DNA of 37,345 nt from a virus (Duplodnaviria; Caudoviricetes): IMG/VR virus record IMGVR_UViG_3300021560_000040, positions 1 through 37,345 of that record; one strand, written 5' to 3'. The translations under genes and the position numbers were made by a program. Positions 9,582 to 19,400 of this stretch are shown piece after piece. How positions within the stretch are numbered: position 1 is the stretch's first letter; each line of letters begins with the position of its first letter. The notes beneath the pieces are model-generated. The model worked only from the letters and a program-made list of their open reading frames with translations. It had not been told where the DNA came from and ran no database searches.

Positions 9582-9965
9582 ATGTCCACCCCGACCAATG
9601 TCACGTTCACTCGCCCAATCCAAACGTATCCATCCCTCGACCCTCAGGACCTCGAATACTACCTCCAGCTCACCTATTATGAACTCATCATCTCCCTTGA
9701 GGACTATGGCCGCATCCAAGGTGACGAGACTCGCTCCAAAGGCGAAGCCTGGATGCATTCGACCGAGGCCACCATTGCGGGTCGTGAACGGGATGCTGAA
9801 TCAGCCGTCCTCTACGTCACAGAAGAACGGCTCAAGCTCCGGGGGAAAATCGAATCACTCAAAGAGGAGCGCGACTATCTCCTCCACCTCCTCCACCCCT
9901 CCATCCCCACTCCTCCTCCCACTCTCCCCTTAGGAGGCCCCATTGGCTCGCATCCAACCGTCTAA
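9582..9965 (+). CDS. Hypothetical coiled-coil protein
   Basis: 127 aa, helical, codon bias. Confidence 0.7.
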   Translation: MSTPTNVTFTRPIQTYPSLDPQDLEYYLQLTYYELIISLEDYGRIQGDETRSKGEAWMHSTEATIAGRERDAESAVLYVTEERLKLRGKIESLKEERDYLLHLLHPSIPTPPPTLPLGGPIGSHPTV

Positions 9966-10164
9966 CGCGCGTGGCCTCGGTGCTTCCCGTCACCGTGGCT
10001 CAGGTGGCTTCGGTAAGAACGCTGGCACCAATCGCGACACCGTTGCCCTCGCCAAGCGTGGTCGCGCTGCCCGCCAGACCAAATCGCACGCGATGATGAA
10101 GCAGCACACGCGCGGTCGCAAGGGCACTCGCAATCTCTCCTGGTGGATGTCAGCAGGCCGCTGA
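9943..10164 (+). CDS. Small highly basic protein
   Basis: SD AGGAGG then TTG; Arg/Lys-rich; TGATG coupling to the next gene. Confidence 0.65.
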   Translation: MARIQPSNARGLGASRHRGSGGFGKNAGTNRDTVALAKRGRAARQTKSHAMMKQHTRGRKGTRNLSWWMSAGR

Positions 10165-10370
10165 TGGCTAAGTCCTCGTCCAATTGGATCAAGGGCGCGA
10201 TCAAACGCCCCGGTGCGTTCTCCGCCAAAGCCCGTCGCGCGGGGATATCAACCTCCGCCTACGCCAGCAAGATGTCCTCTGCACCCGGACGTACCGGTCG
10301 CCAGGCCCGTCTCGCCAAGACCCTCATGTCAATGCGCAAAGGTTCCCGCAAATCGTCGTCGCGTAGCTAA
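10164..10370 (+). CDS. Small basic protein (WIKGAIKRPGA...GRQARLAKTL type)
   Basis: ATG 10164 overlaps previous TGA; resembles a basic small-protein type recurrent in podovirus head modules. Confidence 0.7.
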   Translation: MAKSSSNWIKGAIKRPGAFSAKARRAGISTSAYASKMSSAPGRTGRQARLAKTLMSMRKGSRKSSSRS

Positions 10371-10393
10371 CTCCCCGGTGGTGACTCGCTCCC

Positions 10394-12169
10394 ATGCCTT
10401 CTAACGTCACCACTTCACAGGGCCAACAGCAGGTCCTCACCCTCAACGACTTCACCCAGGGCATCTTCGATAACGTCGAGACGCCCACCGCCAACTCCAC
10501 CACCTACTTCAACCGCGCCCCGATCATCTACGGGAACACGGTCACGTTCACCCACAACACCTACGGCGTCATGGGGCTGGTGAATGGGGGCCTCCTCCTC
10601 GGTCCGTCCCTCGTCAACGGTGCCGCCTTCGCCACCCAGCCGAACTTCGGCGGCTTCTCATTCGCCAACAATCAGGTCTACGTCACCGGAGTCGTAAAGG
10701 GTGCGGCTCAGGGTGCTTATGGCATCACCATCTCCGGTTACATGCCCACCGCGCAAGCTATTGGCACGGAACTCTACTCCGCACTCGGCCCCAACCTCTC
10801 CCCATCCGGCGCTGCTCTCGCATTCCTTCAGTCTGGTTCCTCAATCCCCTCGAACCAGTACCAACTCGCCTCGATGCCGACATTCCCCTTCCGCACTCTT
10901 CTATCAAACGGCACCAACTTCGAAGACTCCATCATCTTCACATGCTGCCAGGGCTCCGCCAACAACGGCATCGTCTACTACAACGTCGCTGGCACCGGCA
11001 ACATGCTCGCCACTACCTCCCGTTTCGGATTCGCCATCCCCGCCAATGGCCGTGTCTGGTTCTGTGAGGGTGGCGTCGTTCCCCGAGGGCCATTCTCACT
11101 CGTCAACTCCAACGTCATCTCATTCACCGACCCTACTCTCGCTGCAAACACCGCCAATCTCTCCATCGGTACCCAAGCCACCCTCGTCGACTACGACGAC
11201 ACCTCCACATTCGGGGCCTGGGGTGCTATTTCCTCCTCTGAATCCCTCCTCGTCAAGTCCACAAACGGCGGAATCATCGTCTCAGGAGACATCTTCAACC
11301 CTACAATCTCCCGTTCTCCTGCTGTCCAGGGCACTAATGGCCTCCAGGGGCAGTCTGCAATGACCCCAATCGGCCTCGTCTACCGCTCAATGCGCGCCGG
11401 AGTATGGTCCTGGGACGGTGGATCGACGGCGACAAAGCTCTCTACGCAGATCAACGATGCCAACTGGCCCGAAAACTCATTCGGTATCGGCTCAATCACC
11501 GGTCCTCAGCAGACCTACAATTCCGCTGGACCCTTCTTCAACGTCCAAGTCATCCGCAATTGCATCTTCTTCGACGGTGGCTGGTTCCTCTCCCTCGACA
11601 CCAACTCCTGGTGGCGCCTCCCACCGTGGAATACGTCCTCCTGGACCATCTCCCAGGGCCTATTCTCTCCCACTTTCTACCTCGACCACACCCCGATGGG
11701 CTATTCCAACGTCCCATCATCCCAAACCGGCATGTTTACCGCCATCTACATGGCTGGTGTGAATGGTCTGCAACTCTTCGGCACCACCTACGCGTTCGAC
11801 ATGGGCGTCACCTCCCTCCAGCCGCCTGCTCTCGGTACTTACTACCACTCCTACATCGAAACCAACCCGATCCAACTAGACGACGGTGGCGCCATAGTTG
11901 AGGTCCAGGAGATGGACGTTGTAATGCAGGGCAATGGCGCCCTAACCGTCTCCATCCTCGGCATCGCGGGCGCATTCCTCAACTCCCGCACCGTTCCTGT
12001 CAACAATTCCTCGTACGGCCGCATCTCCATCGTCCTCCCCACCCTCGAAACCGATGTCCTCATCCTCCAATTCGGCTGGACGAACGCCCCTGGAGGCAAC
12101 AACCCTACCCCTATCATCCAAGAAATCAACGTCTATTGGCGTCAGCGCTTCCCAGTCCCGAGAATCTGA
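10394..12169 (+). CDS. Tail nozzle / tail tubular B-like structural protein
   Basis: 591 aa beta-rich; starts LNDFTQGI, internal GVWSWDG and KLSTQI, ends IQEINVYW; position in tail module. Confidence 0.6.
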   Translation: MPSNVTTSQGQQQVLTLNDFTQGIFDNVETPTANSTTYFNRAPIIYGNTVTFTHNTYGVMGLVNGGLLLGPSLVNGAAFATQPNFGGFSFANNQVYVTGVVKGAAQGAYGITISGYMPTAQAIGTELYSALGPNLSPSGAALAFLQSGSSIPSNQYQLASMPTFPFRTLLSNGTNFEDSIIFTCCQGSANNGIVYYNVAGTGNMLATTSRFGFAIPANGRVWFCEGGVVPRGPFSLVNSNVISFTDPTLAANTANLSIGTQATLVDYDDTSTFGAWGAISSSESLLVKSTNGGIIVSGDIFNPTISRSPAVQGTNGLQGQSAMTPIGLVYRSMRAGVWSWDGGSTATKLSTQINDANWPENSFGIGSITGPQQTYNSAGPFFNVQVIRNCIFFDGGWFLSLDTNSWWRLPPWNTSSWTISQGLFSPTFYLDHTPMGYSNVPSSQTGMFTAIYMAGVNGLQLFGTTYAFDMGVTSLQPPALGTYYHSYIETNPIQLDDGGAIVEVQEMDVVMQGNGALTVSILGIAGAFLNSRTVPVNNSSYGRISIVLPTLETDVLILQFGWTNAPGGNNPTPIIQEINVYWRQRFPVPRI

Positions 12170-12174
12170 TTCCC

Positions 12175-12759
12175 ATGTCCCCAGTCAACCCCAAATCCCT
12201 CCTCTCAGCCCCAATCCTCCCCTACACTGGCATAACCAACCCTTCCAAATCCCAGCAATCCCACCAGCGTTCCGACAACGCCAACCAGCCGTGGACAGCC
12301 GCTTTCGCCCTCTCTGCCAACTTCGCATTCGCCTATGGCGGTGGTGCATACGACGTTCCCATGGACACTGTGGCCTGGACTACCTATAAAGGTCTCCACG
12401 CCCCGTCCTCTCTCCTCATCCCCTCTCGCCAACTCACCTCTAATGGCTCTTACACCCGCCTCTACTTCCGCATTCCCCAGTATGGTATCTATCATTTCCT
12501 GGGCCAGATGGGGTTCACGAACACCAATGCTGGCTACGCGGTCCCCTATATCTGGATCAACGGTAGTAATCTCATATCAACTGGCTCATGGGTTGTCTCC
12601 GGCAACTCTACCCAGACGACCAACATGGAAATCTCCTACTACCGTTACTGTTCCCCCGGTGACATAATCCAATTCGTCTTCGGAATGTCTGTCACTGGCA
12701 CTTTCACTACGAATACATACGGCACCGACTTCTTCATTCGCTATCTAGGACCCACATAA
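12175..12759 (+). CDS. Tail fibre/spike protein with C1q/TNF-like C-terminal domain
   Basis: FRIPQYGIYHF...PGDIIQF...FFIRYLG pattern; ATG at 12175. Confidence 0.55.
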   Translation: MSPVNPKSLLSAPILPYTGITNPSKSQQSHQRSDNANQPWTAAFALSANFAFAYGGGAYDVPMDTVAWTTYKGLHAPSSLLIPSRQLTSNGSYTRLYFRIPQYGIYHFLGQMGFTNTNAGYAVPYIWINGSNLISTGSWVVSGNSTQTTNMEISYYRYCSPGDIIQFVFGMSVTGTFTTNTYGTDFFIRYLGPT

Positions 12760-12760
12760 C

Positions 12761-12976
12761 ATGCCCTGGTCTACATCAGACGCCTCCCGTCACAAGAAGA
12801 ACCTCAATCGCGTCCAGTCCCACGCGTGGCGCGACATCGCCAACAAAGTCCTTGCGTCGTCGGGTGACGAGGGGAAGGCTATTCGCATCGCCAATGCCAA
12901 AGCCCCCAACGCGCGCCGCATCATCCATCGCACCCGCACCCGCACCCGCACCCGTACCCGTACCCCTAGGAGGTAG
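12761..12976 (+). CDS. Small ChaB-like protein with Arg-Thr repeat tail
   Basis: MPW...W..IAN..L...GDEGKAIRIAN; tandem CGCACC/CGTACC hexamers encode RTRTRTRTRTRT. Confidence 0.6.
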   Translation: MPWSTSDASRHKKNLNRVQSHAWRDIANKVLASSGDEGKAIRIANAKAPNARRIIHRTRTRTRTRTRTPRR

Positions 12977-12978
12977 TG

Positions 12979-13335
12979 ATGGCAGGACTCCTCAACATCT
13001 GGGGGACGCAGTACAACACCCCTGGTGGCGGGGTCTACAACGATGGCCCCTTCGCGATCCCCTACTCCGCCACCTACGAGGCCGTCCTGTGCCCTCAGGG
13101 CGTCACCACGACCGTTCCCGTGCCCGCTGCCCCGAACACCCCCGCGGGCGTCATCATCCTCGGTACGGTGGCCTCTGTGGCCTTCTCCGCGGGCTTCATC
13201 GTCGGCCAGCTCACCCGCTTCTCGGCCTCCGCCTACCCGGTCATCTGGCCCTTCGACCCCCTCTCCATCCCCGCCAACGTCATCGTCACGGTCGGGGCGG
13301 CAGCGGGTGCCCTCGTCACGGTCCGGTTCTTCTGA
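12979..13335 (+). CDS. Hypothetical structural protein
   Basis: SD AGGAGG at 12968-12973; TGATG coupling to the next gene. Confidence 0.65.
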   Translation: MAGLLNIWGTQYNTPGGGVYNDGPFAIPYSATYEAVLCPQGVTTTVPVPAAPNTPAGVIILGTVASVAFSAGFIVGQLTRFSASAYPVIWPFDPLSIPANVIVTVGAAAGALVTVRFF

Positions 13336-14012
13336 TGTACACCCTCTCGGCAGAACTCACGGCCCTCGGACAAGACTTAGACGACATCAATAACGTCTAC
13401 TGGACTCAACTCGCCCTCACTCAGTGGATAAACCAAGGTCTCGTCACAATAGCCCGCAAAGCCGAATGTCTCCTCGGCACCTCCTCAGTCCCCGCCTCCA
13501 CCAATCAATCCCAGTACCCCCTCCCCCCCGACCTCGTCCGCGTCCATGAAGTTACCTTCTCCCCCAACGACCCGACGCAAATCTATCCCCTCACCTTCAA
13601 GGGTCGTCAGGAGATGAACACGATCTGGTACATCAACCAGACGACTCCCGCCTCCTACCCCATCTACTACACGACATGGGCGCAGCCACCAGTCACCTGG
13701 ATGCAGGTCTATCCAGTCCCCGCCCAACCCGGCAACTTCACCTACCTCTACTATCGCCTTCCCCGTACTGCTGTCCTCACTACCGACACCCTCGATATCC
13801 CGGATGGCTACGAAGACGTTCTCCGTGCCTTCGTCCGCTACAACGCCCGCCGTCGCGCCGGTGACCCCATCTGGCAGGACGATATGACGATCTTCCAAGA
13901 CGGTCTCTCAGACCTCATCACCAACTCCCGCAACTGGACAGACAACGCGGGCATGTTCACCACAGGTGGAGTCTTTGTCCCCGGTTGGTTGTACGGGGGA
14001 TGGGGGTCCTAG
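13335..14012 (+). CDS. Head-tail adaptor / tail tubular A-like protein
   Basis: ATG 13335; L.D....WT...L..WINQG...IAR, QYPLP.D, QVYPVP, YYRLP, DIPDGY motifs of podovirus adaptors. Confidence 0.7.
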   Translation: MYTLSAELTALGQDLDDINNVYWTQLALTQWINQGLVTIARKAECLLGTSSVPASTNQSQYPLPPDLVRVHEVTFSPNDPTQIYPLTFKGRQEMNTIWYINQTTPASYPIYYTTWAQPPVTWMQVYPVPAQPGNFTYLYYRLPRTAVLTTDTLDIPDGYEDVLRAFVRYNARRRAGDPIWQDDMTIFQDGLSDLITNSRNWTDNAGMFTTGGVFVPGWLYGGWGS

Positions 14013-14016
14013 TTCT

Positions 14017-15450
14017 ATGCCAACCACCTCAGAAGGCATCGTCACCGCGGGTGCGAAGACCGGTTCCGGCACCCCACAGCCCTCATCCACCGCCGCCAAA
14101 CGCCCAGCCCCCGCCCCCTCCGCAGTCTCCGGCAACCCCGCGTTCGGCCAGGCAGAACAGCAAATCCTCGCGGGCAAGCCTGTTGACATCAACAAGGTCG
14201 CACAGCAGTTCGGCCCGAATGCTGGCCTCGTCTCGTCACTCCTCCAGGGGGCGGCGTATCAATACCAGTCCGGCCAGGCACAGCAGAAAGCCCTCTCCGG
14301 TCAGCTATCCCAGGCCCAGACCCAAGAGGCGGCTACGGTCGCCCAACAGCAGCAGCAGGCCGCTCTCTCCCAAGCAGGTGTCGGCCTCTCGCGCGCCTCT
14401 CTCGGTGTCGAACAGCTCGGTCTCGGGCAACAGCAAGCCTTAAACCCAGTTCTCCAGCAAGCCGAAGTCGGCCAGTACAACATCTCTCAGCAGCAAGCCG
14501 CACAGGGGCTACAGGCGATGGGGGTCCAGTCAAATATCGCCTCCCTCGGCCAACAGGGTGAACTCCAGCAGTTCGCTAATCAGTACGGCACGCAAGACCT
14601 GAACGCCCTCAACGCCTACCTCGCGAACCCGTCCTCAGTCCCCCCCGACGTGGCTGCGCAAATACAGAACTCCCAATGGGGGGAATCCTACCAGCAGGGG
14701 CAACTTGGGCTGTCCCAGCAGCAACAGGGCATCCAACAGACTCAGGAAGCCCAACAGCAGCTCAGCAACACCATGGGCTACCAGACTCAGCAATACCAGC
14801 AGTCGCTCCCTGTCCTCGCCTCACAGGCAATCGCCACGGGCGCTGGTAACTCTCAGATGGCCCAACTCACCGGTCAGCAGAACACCCAGGCATACCAGTA
14901 CACCCAGGGGCAAGAGCAGCTCCAGCAGCAACAGCAGTCTCAGCAGCTTCAACAGCAGCAAGAAGCCCTCCAGCAAGCCCAACTCGCCCAGCAAATGTCC
15001 ATCCAGCAGGCTCAACAGGCATCACAACAGCAAGGCATTGAGGAGCAGCAGTACCAACAGCAGTACGGCACCTATAATCCATCCACCGGGAAAACAACAA
15101 TCACCCCCGGCTCCCTCCAGGGTCTCTCCCAATCCCAAGCCATCGAGGCCATTCGCTCTGCCACTATCGGTCAGGGCGCGGAGCAGGCTCAGTACAGGTT
15201 CTCCCAACAGCAGCTCGCCAACCAGGCCAAGTCCTACCAGATCGCCGGATCACAACTCGGCCTGTCCTCTGCCCAAATCAACACCCAACTCCGCCAGGCG
15301 CTCCAGACAGCCGGAATCTCCTACACGTCATTCGCGGCCTCAATCGCCTCCCAATCCGCCCAGGATCAGGCCAACACCATCGCCAGCGTCATCCAAGCCC
15401 TCGGCCCCGGTGCCATTGCCGCCTACAACGTCACCCCAGCGAAGAAGTGA
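14017..15450 (+). CDS. Gln-rich internal virion / DNA-ejection protein
   Basis: 477 aa, extremely Q/A-rich and helical; position before the large virion protein. Confidence 0.6.
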   Translation: MPTTSEGIVTAGAKTGSGTPQPSSTAAKRPAPAPSAVSGNPAFGQAEQQILAGKPVDINKVAQQFGPNAGLVSSLLQGAAYQYQSGQAQQKALSGQLSQAQTQEAATVAQQQQQAALSQAGVGLSRASLGVEQLGLGQQQALNPVLQQAEVGQYNISQQQAAQGLQAMGVQSNIASLGQQGELQQFANQYGTQDLNALNAYLANPSSVPPDVAAQIQNSQWGESYQQGQLGLSQQQQGIQQTQEAQQQLSNTMGYQTQQYQQSLPVLASQAIATGAGNSQMAQLTGQQNTQAYQYTQGQEQLQQQQQSQQLQQQQEALQQAQLAQQMSIQQAQQASQQQGIEEQQYQQQYGTYNPSTGKTTITPGSLQGLSQSQAIEAIRSATIGQGAEQAQYRFSQQQLANQAKSYQIAGSQLGLSSAQINTQLRQALQTAGISYTSFAASIASQSAQDQANTIASVIQALGPGAIAAYNVTPAKK

Positions 15451-15456
15451 GCACCC

Positions 15457-16440
15457 ATGTCACCGATGACCACCAATCGCCAACCCACCCCCGACATCGC
15501 CGGTCGCGCCCTCGGGGAATGGGGAGTCCTTGCGCCGACCTCCGCTGACAACCCCACCTCCCTCCAGCAGCAGTCCCCGCAAATCCCTTCCGCCTCCCTC
15601 TCGACCCCCCAAACCATCCCCGTCAATCCCCAATCCTCTGGCCCCTTCGGCCCGACCCCCACCCCCCTCTCCGCGCAAATCCAACAGCAGCTTCGGAACT
15701 ACAACAACAAACCTGGCGACTACGGCGCCAATATGCCAGCCCAAATCGGCCCTCTCGCCAATCAAACCTTCGGCGCCAATCCGCCTTCCGTCCCCGTCAA
15801 CTCTCAAGGCCCATCCCTAACAACACCACCCTCTCTCGCTACCCCCACAGGCCCAGTCAATAACGCCCCGCCTAAGTCCACCACCCCCGCTTCCACCTTC
15901 ACTGACCCACTCTCCTTCCAGGCCGCGATGTCCTACGCAATCGCCCCCCTCCTCCACGGTTTCGCCGCCGCCAATTCCCCCGGCCAAATCAATGCCGCCC
16001 TCGAAAACCCCCAATCCGCCGCCAACTCCCCTCTCTCCACGAACCTCGCATCTCAGCTCTCCTCGAACATCCAGTCCCAAGTCGCTGACTACCAGTCCGG
16101 TCTCAACGCGCTAGCCCAGTCCTCAGGCGCAGCACCATTCAAGGGACAGCCCGACTCGGCCACCCTCCAGGCAATCCTCAAGGGAATGACAGAAATCCTC
16201 GCCTTCCCAACTTCCTACTCTGGTCAACAGGGTGCGCCGCCCTCAGCAGCAAACTCCCCTCTCATGACTCTCCTCTACTCCACCCTCAACGCCTATCGCA
16301 ATCCCGCATCCGTCTCCGCAGGCCCCCAGATTGGTCCCTCTGCCGCAGTCAACCCGACAGCCCCCGTCTCCACTCTCCCAACCTCCAACGCAGCTCAATA
16401 CTCCACCATCAACAACATGCTGTTCCCCCAGAACGGCTAG
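15457..16440 (+). CDS. Internal virion protein (P/S/A/Q-rich)
   Basis: 327 aa, codon bias, synteny. Confidence 0.6.
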   Translation: MSPMTTNRQPTPDIAGRALGEWGVLAPTSADNPTSLQQQSPQIPSASLSTPQTIPVNPQSSGPFGPTPTPLSAQIQQQLRNYNNKPGDYGANMPAQIGPLANQTFGANPPSVPVNSQGPSLTTPPSLATPTGPVNNAPPKSTTPASTFTDPLSFQAAMSYAIAPLLHGFAAANSPGQINAALENPQSAANSPLSTNLASQLSSNIQSQVADYQSGLNALAQSSGAAPFKGQPDSATLQAILKGMTEILAFPTSYSGQQGAPPSAANSPLMTLLYSTLNAYRNPASVSAGPQIGPSAAVNPTAPVSTLPTSNAAQYSTINNMLFPQNG

Positions 16441-16455
16441 TACACCCACCACACC

Positions 16456-19400
16456 ATGGCACATCCCCCGATCCCCGAGTTCTCCAAGTGGGAACAGAAC
16501 TGGAATGGCCGCGAGGTCTGGGCGAAGAACAACAACATCCCAGCCGCCGACTTCCAACAAGTCCTCCAGGCCGACTACAAGCGCCTCACTAACCCCAATG
16601 GCTATGGCACCCCAATGGGGGACTCAGAGGTATTCACTACCCTCTCCGCGATGCAGCGTGGCTACTCCCCCTTCCGCACCCCCTCCGACACCCCCCCGAC
16701 CGTCTTCCAGAACCCCGCCAAGGCCGTCTACAACAACCTCCAGGACATCGTCACCGGCCTCTTCCACGCCCCTGGTGTCCTTATCAACGACTTCACCCAG
16801 GCGATTCGCGGTCACCCTCACCCTCTCTTCAACACCCTCGCCAACCTCATCCCCGGCTACACCGACATCACCTCCCTCTTCTCTCCCTCCGGTCGCCACT
16901 ACCTCGCCTCCAACCCCCTCTCCGACATCCTCGACTTCCAGGGCTTCGGCAGGCTCGGGGACCTCGCCGCGACCGGTCTCGCACACGCGGGCATGGATGG
17001 TGCAGCCGCCACTCTCCGCGCCATCCCCGATCACCCAATCGCCAACGCGGTCCGCGGCTACACCCTCGACGCCATCGCCAAGTCCAAGTACCTCTCGACG
17101 CGCGCGGAGAACATCACCAACGTCCTCGGGCAAGGCGGCTATCTCCCGTCCCAGAAGCCGATCCTCCGTGGAATCGCTGCCTCCCAACAGCAGCTCTACC
17201 GCGCCCGCGCCTATCCGCGCACCCCTCTCCTCTCCCCCGGTGAGTCACTACAAGCTCTCTTCTCCAAAGTAGCTCAGTCCGCCCCGGACGAAACCTTCTC
17301 CCACATGCAATCTCTCGTTCGCAATCTCTCCCCCGAGCAAATCCGCAACGTCGAATCGGTGATGACTAATCGCCATCTCACCTACCCTGAAGCTAACCAC
17401 ACCATCTCCGAGCCAATCGACACCGCCACCTACATGACAGACCCTGGCTTCAATGGTGAGGCCAAGCAGCTCATGAAAGCCCTCGCCGAATCCACTTCCG
17501 CTCTGCAAACTTCCCACATAATCGCCGGGGACCTCCACATCGTCACTCACCCGACCGATGGATCAACCGGTGTCACCCCGGTCGATGGGCGTTGGGATGC
17601 ATACGAACGCCGCTACACACAACTCCTCGAAGCCTTCTGGAAGAAGGAAGCGATCTGGGCGAATGACCAAACTCGCCTGGACGAAGCCGAAGCCTTCCTC
17701 TATCGCAACTCCCACCGCCTCCCCGAAACCGTTCGCCAATCACTCCCCGGTTCCTCCGACTATCCCCTCCGCGGTGCGACTCGATACCTCTCCGACTTCT
17801 TCTATTACAACCGCGAGGGATTCTCCCGTCGCTACGCCGCCTCCCCCCGCTCCCAAAAAGCCTTCCTCCGCCGCATCGACACCCTCTTCGGCCCAGGCTC
17901 AGTTCCCGGTCAAGGTCTCTTCCGCAAACTCCAGTCCGAACTCGACACCCTCGCTCCCTCCGCCGAGCGCGTCTCCACCCTTACGAAAACCCTCCTCGCA
18001 CGCACTCGCGCGCTCCCAGCCGACTTCCCCGCCAAACAGTGGATGCTTGATACCCTTATCGCCATTCGCAAATACGCTGGCCTCTCGCCCAATTCCAACA
18101 AGTCCTGGCTTATGATCCTTCGCGGTCGCATTCCCCGCGTCACCGAGGACATGAACCAGGCGCGTCGCACATTCCGCGACCACGACGCCAATCTCCAGTC
18201 CACCTGGAATCGCTATACCCAGCTCGAATACCAGTCCATGGTCAATGAGCACTACTTCAAACTCGTCCGGGAATACTATACCTCGCACTACTCGACAGGT
18301 GAAATCGCCGTCACAAAAGACCTCCGCCGCAACATCGAACGCCTCACTCGATTCCACCCTGGGGGTCAGGTCGGAGAACTCACCCCGGAAATCGCCAGCA
18401 ACGCCTTCAACGCCGCTGAGCAACTCTGGGATACGTCACCAGACCTCCGCGCGCTGATCCCCGACTACGAACGCGAGGAGATGATTAACTCCGCGTACAT
18501 GATGATAGACGAGTGGAAGAGACAAAACCTTTCCCCACCCATCTACGTCCTCCCGGTCTCCCACGAAGACGTTGTCCGCTTCCAGGAACACCCACAAGCC
18601 CTAATGAAACTCGGACAAGTATCCCAGCTCCGCCACGACCCCGTCACTCGCGAACAGCTCCCTTTCGGTAAAGCCTTCCGCCCAACAGTCGCCATCCCCA
18701 AGGACTCAATCGGCCTCTACCATCAGGCGATCAACGACTCCCTCATCTACGACTTCTTCCTCCCCAAAACCATCGACCCATCCACGTTCGCGCAGATGGC
18801 GATGGATGAGGCAGAATCAATGGGCACTCGCCATATCACCCCTGACGAGGCAATTGCCCAATACAAGGATCGTCACCAGTACGTCGAGTGGTCGCCTACC
18901 ACCATGGCCGAACTCACCCCGCACGCGCGTACCGAATCGACAGCACTCGCCTCAACTGTCTACATCCGCCGTTATGACCTCAACCTCATCGACCGCTCCC
19001 TCCGCCAGATCAACGCTGACATCAAGGGTGCCTACAACAAGGTCATGCAGGTCTATCGGTTTGGTATCCTCAACATCTCCCCCCGCTACGCAATGCACCT
19101 CGCCGCTGGCGGTGGCTTAATGACACTCCTCTCGATGTCCCACCCGGTCATCGACACGATCCGTTTCACTCGCCAATCCCTCAACATGGCGATGCACCCG
19201 GACCGTTCTCCTCTCCCCGTCTACATCTCCCCACACGCGGGCGAGACCGACATCCACGGGCGCATTGTCGCCTCCCCAATCGAATCCGCCCAGCTCCTCC
19301 CCGGATTCAAACTCGGTGGCCTCATGCAGCAGGGGTGGATCAAACAGGGTCTCAAACCCCTGGAAGGCTGGCGCCGGTTCCTCGAACGCATCGTCCTGTT

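Noticed and set aside
12852-13334. N-terminal extension of the 386-aa ORF
   Set aside because: Overlaps two better genes; the adaptor begins at coupled ATG 13335.
7482-16440. Genome-wide TAG reassignment
   Set aside because: Conserved genes are not interrupted by TAG, TAG ends genes at expected lengths, and no suppressor tRNA with a proper CUA loop was found.
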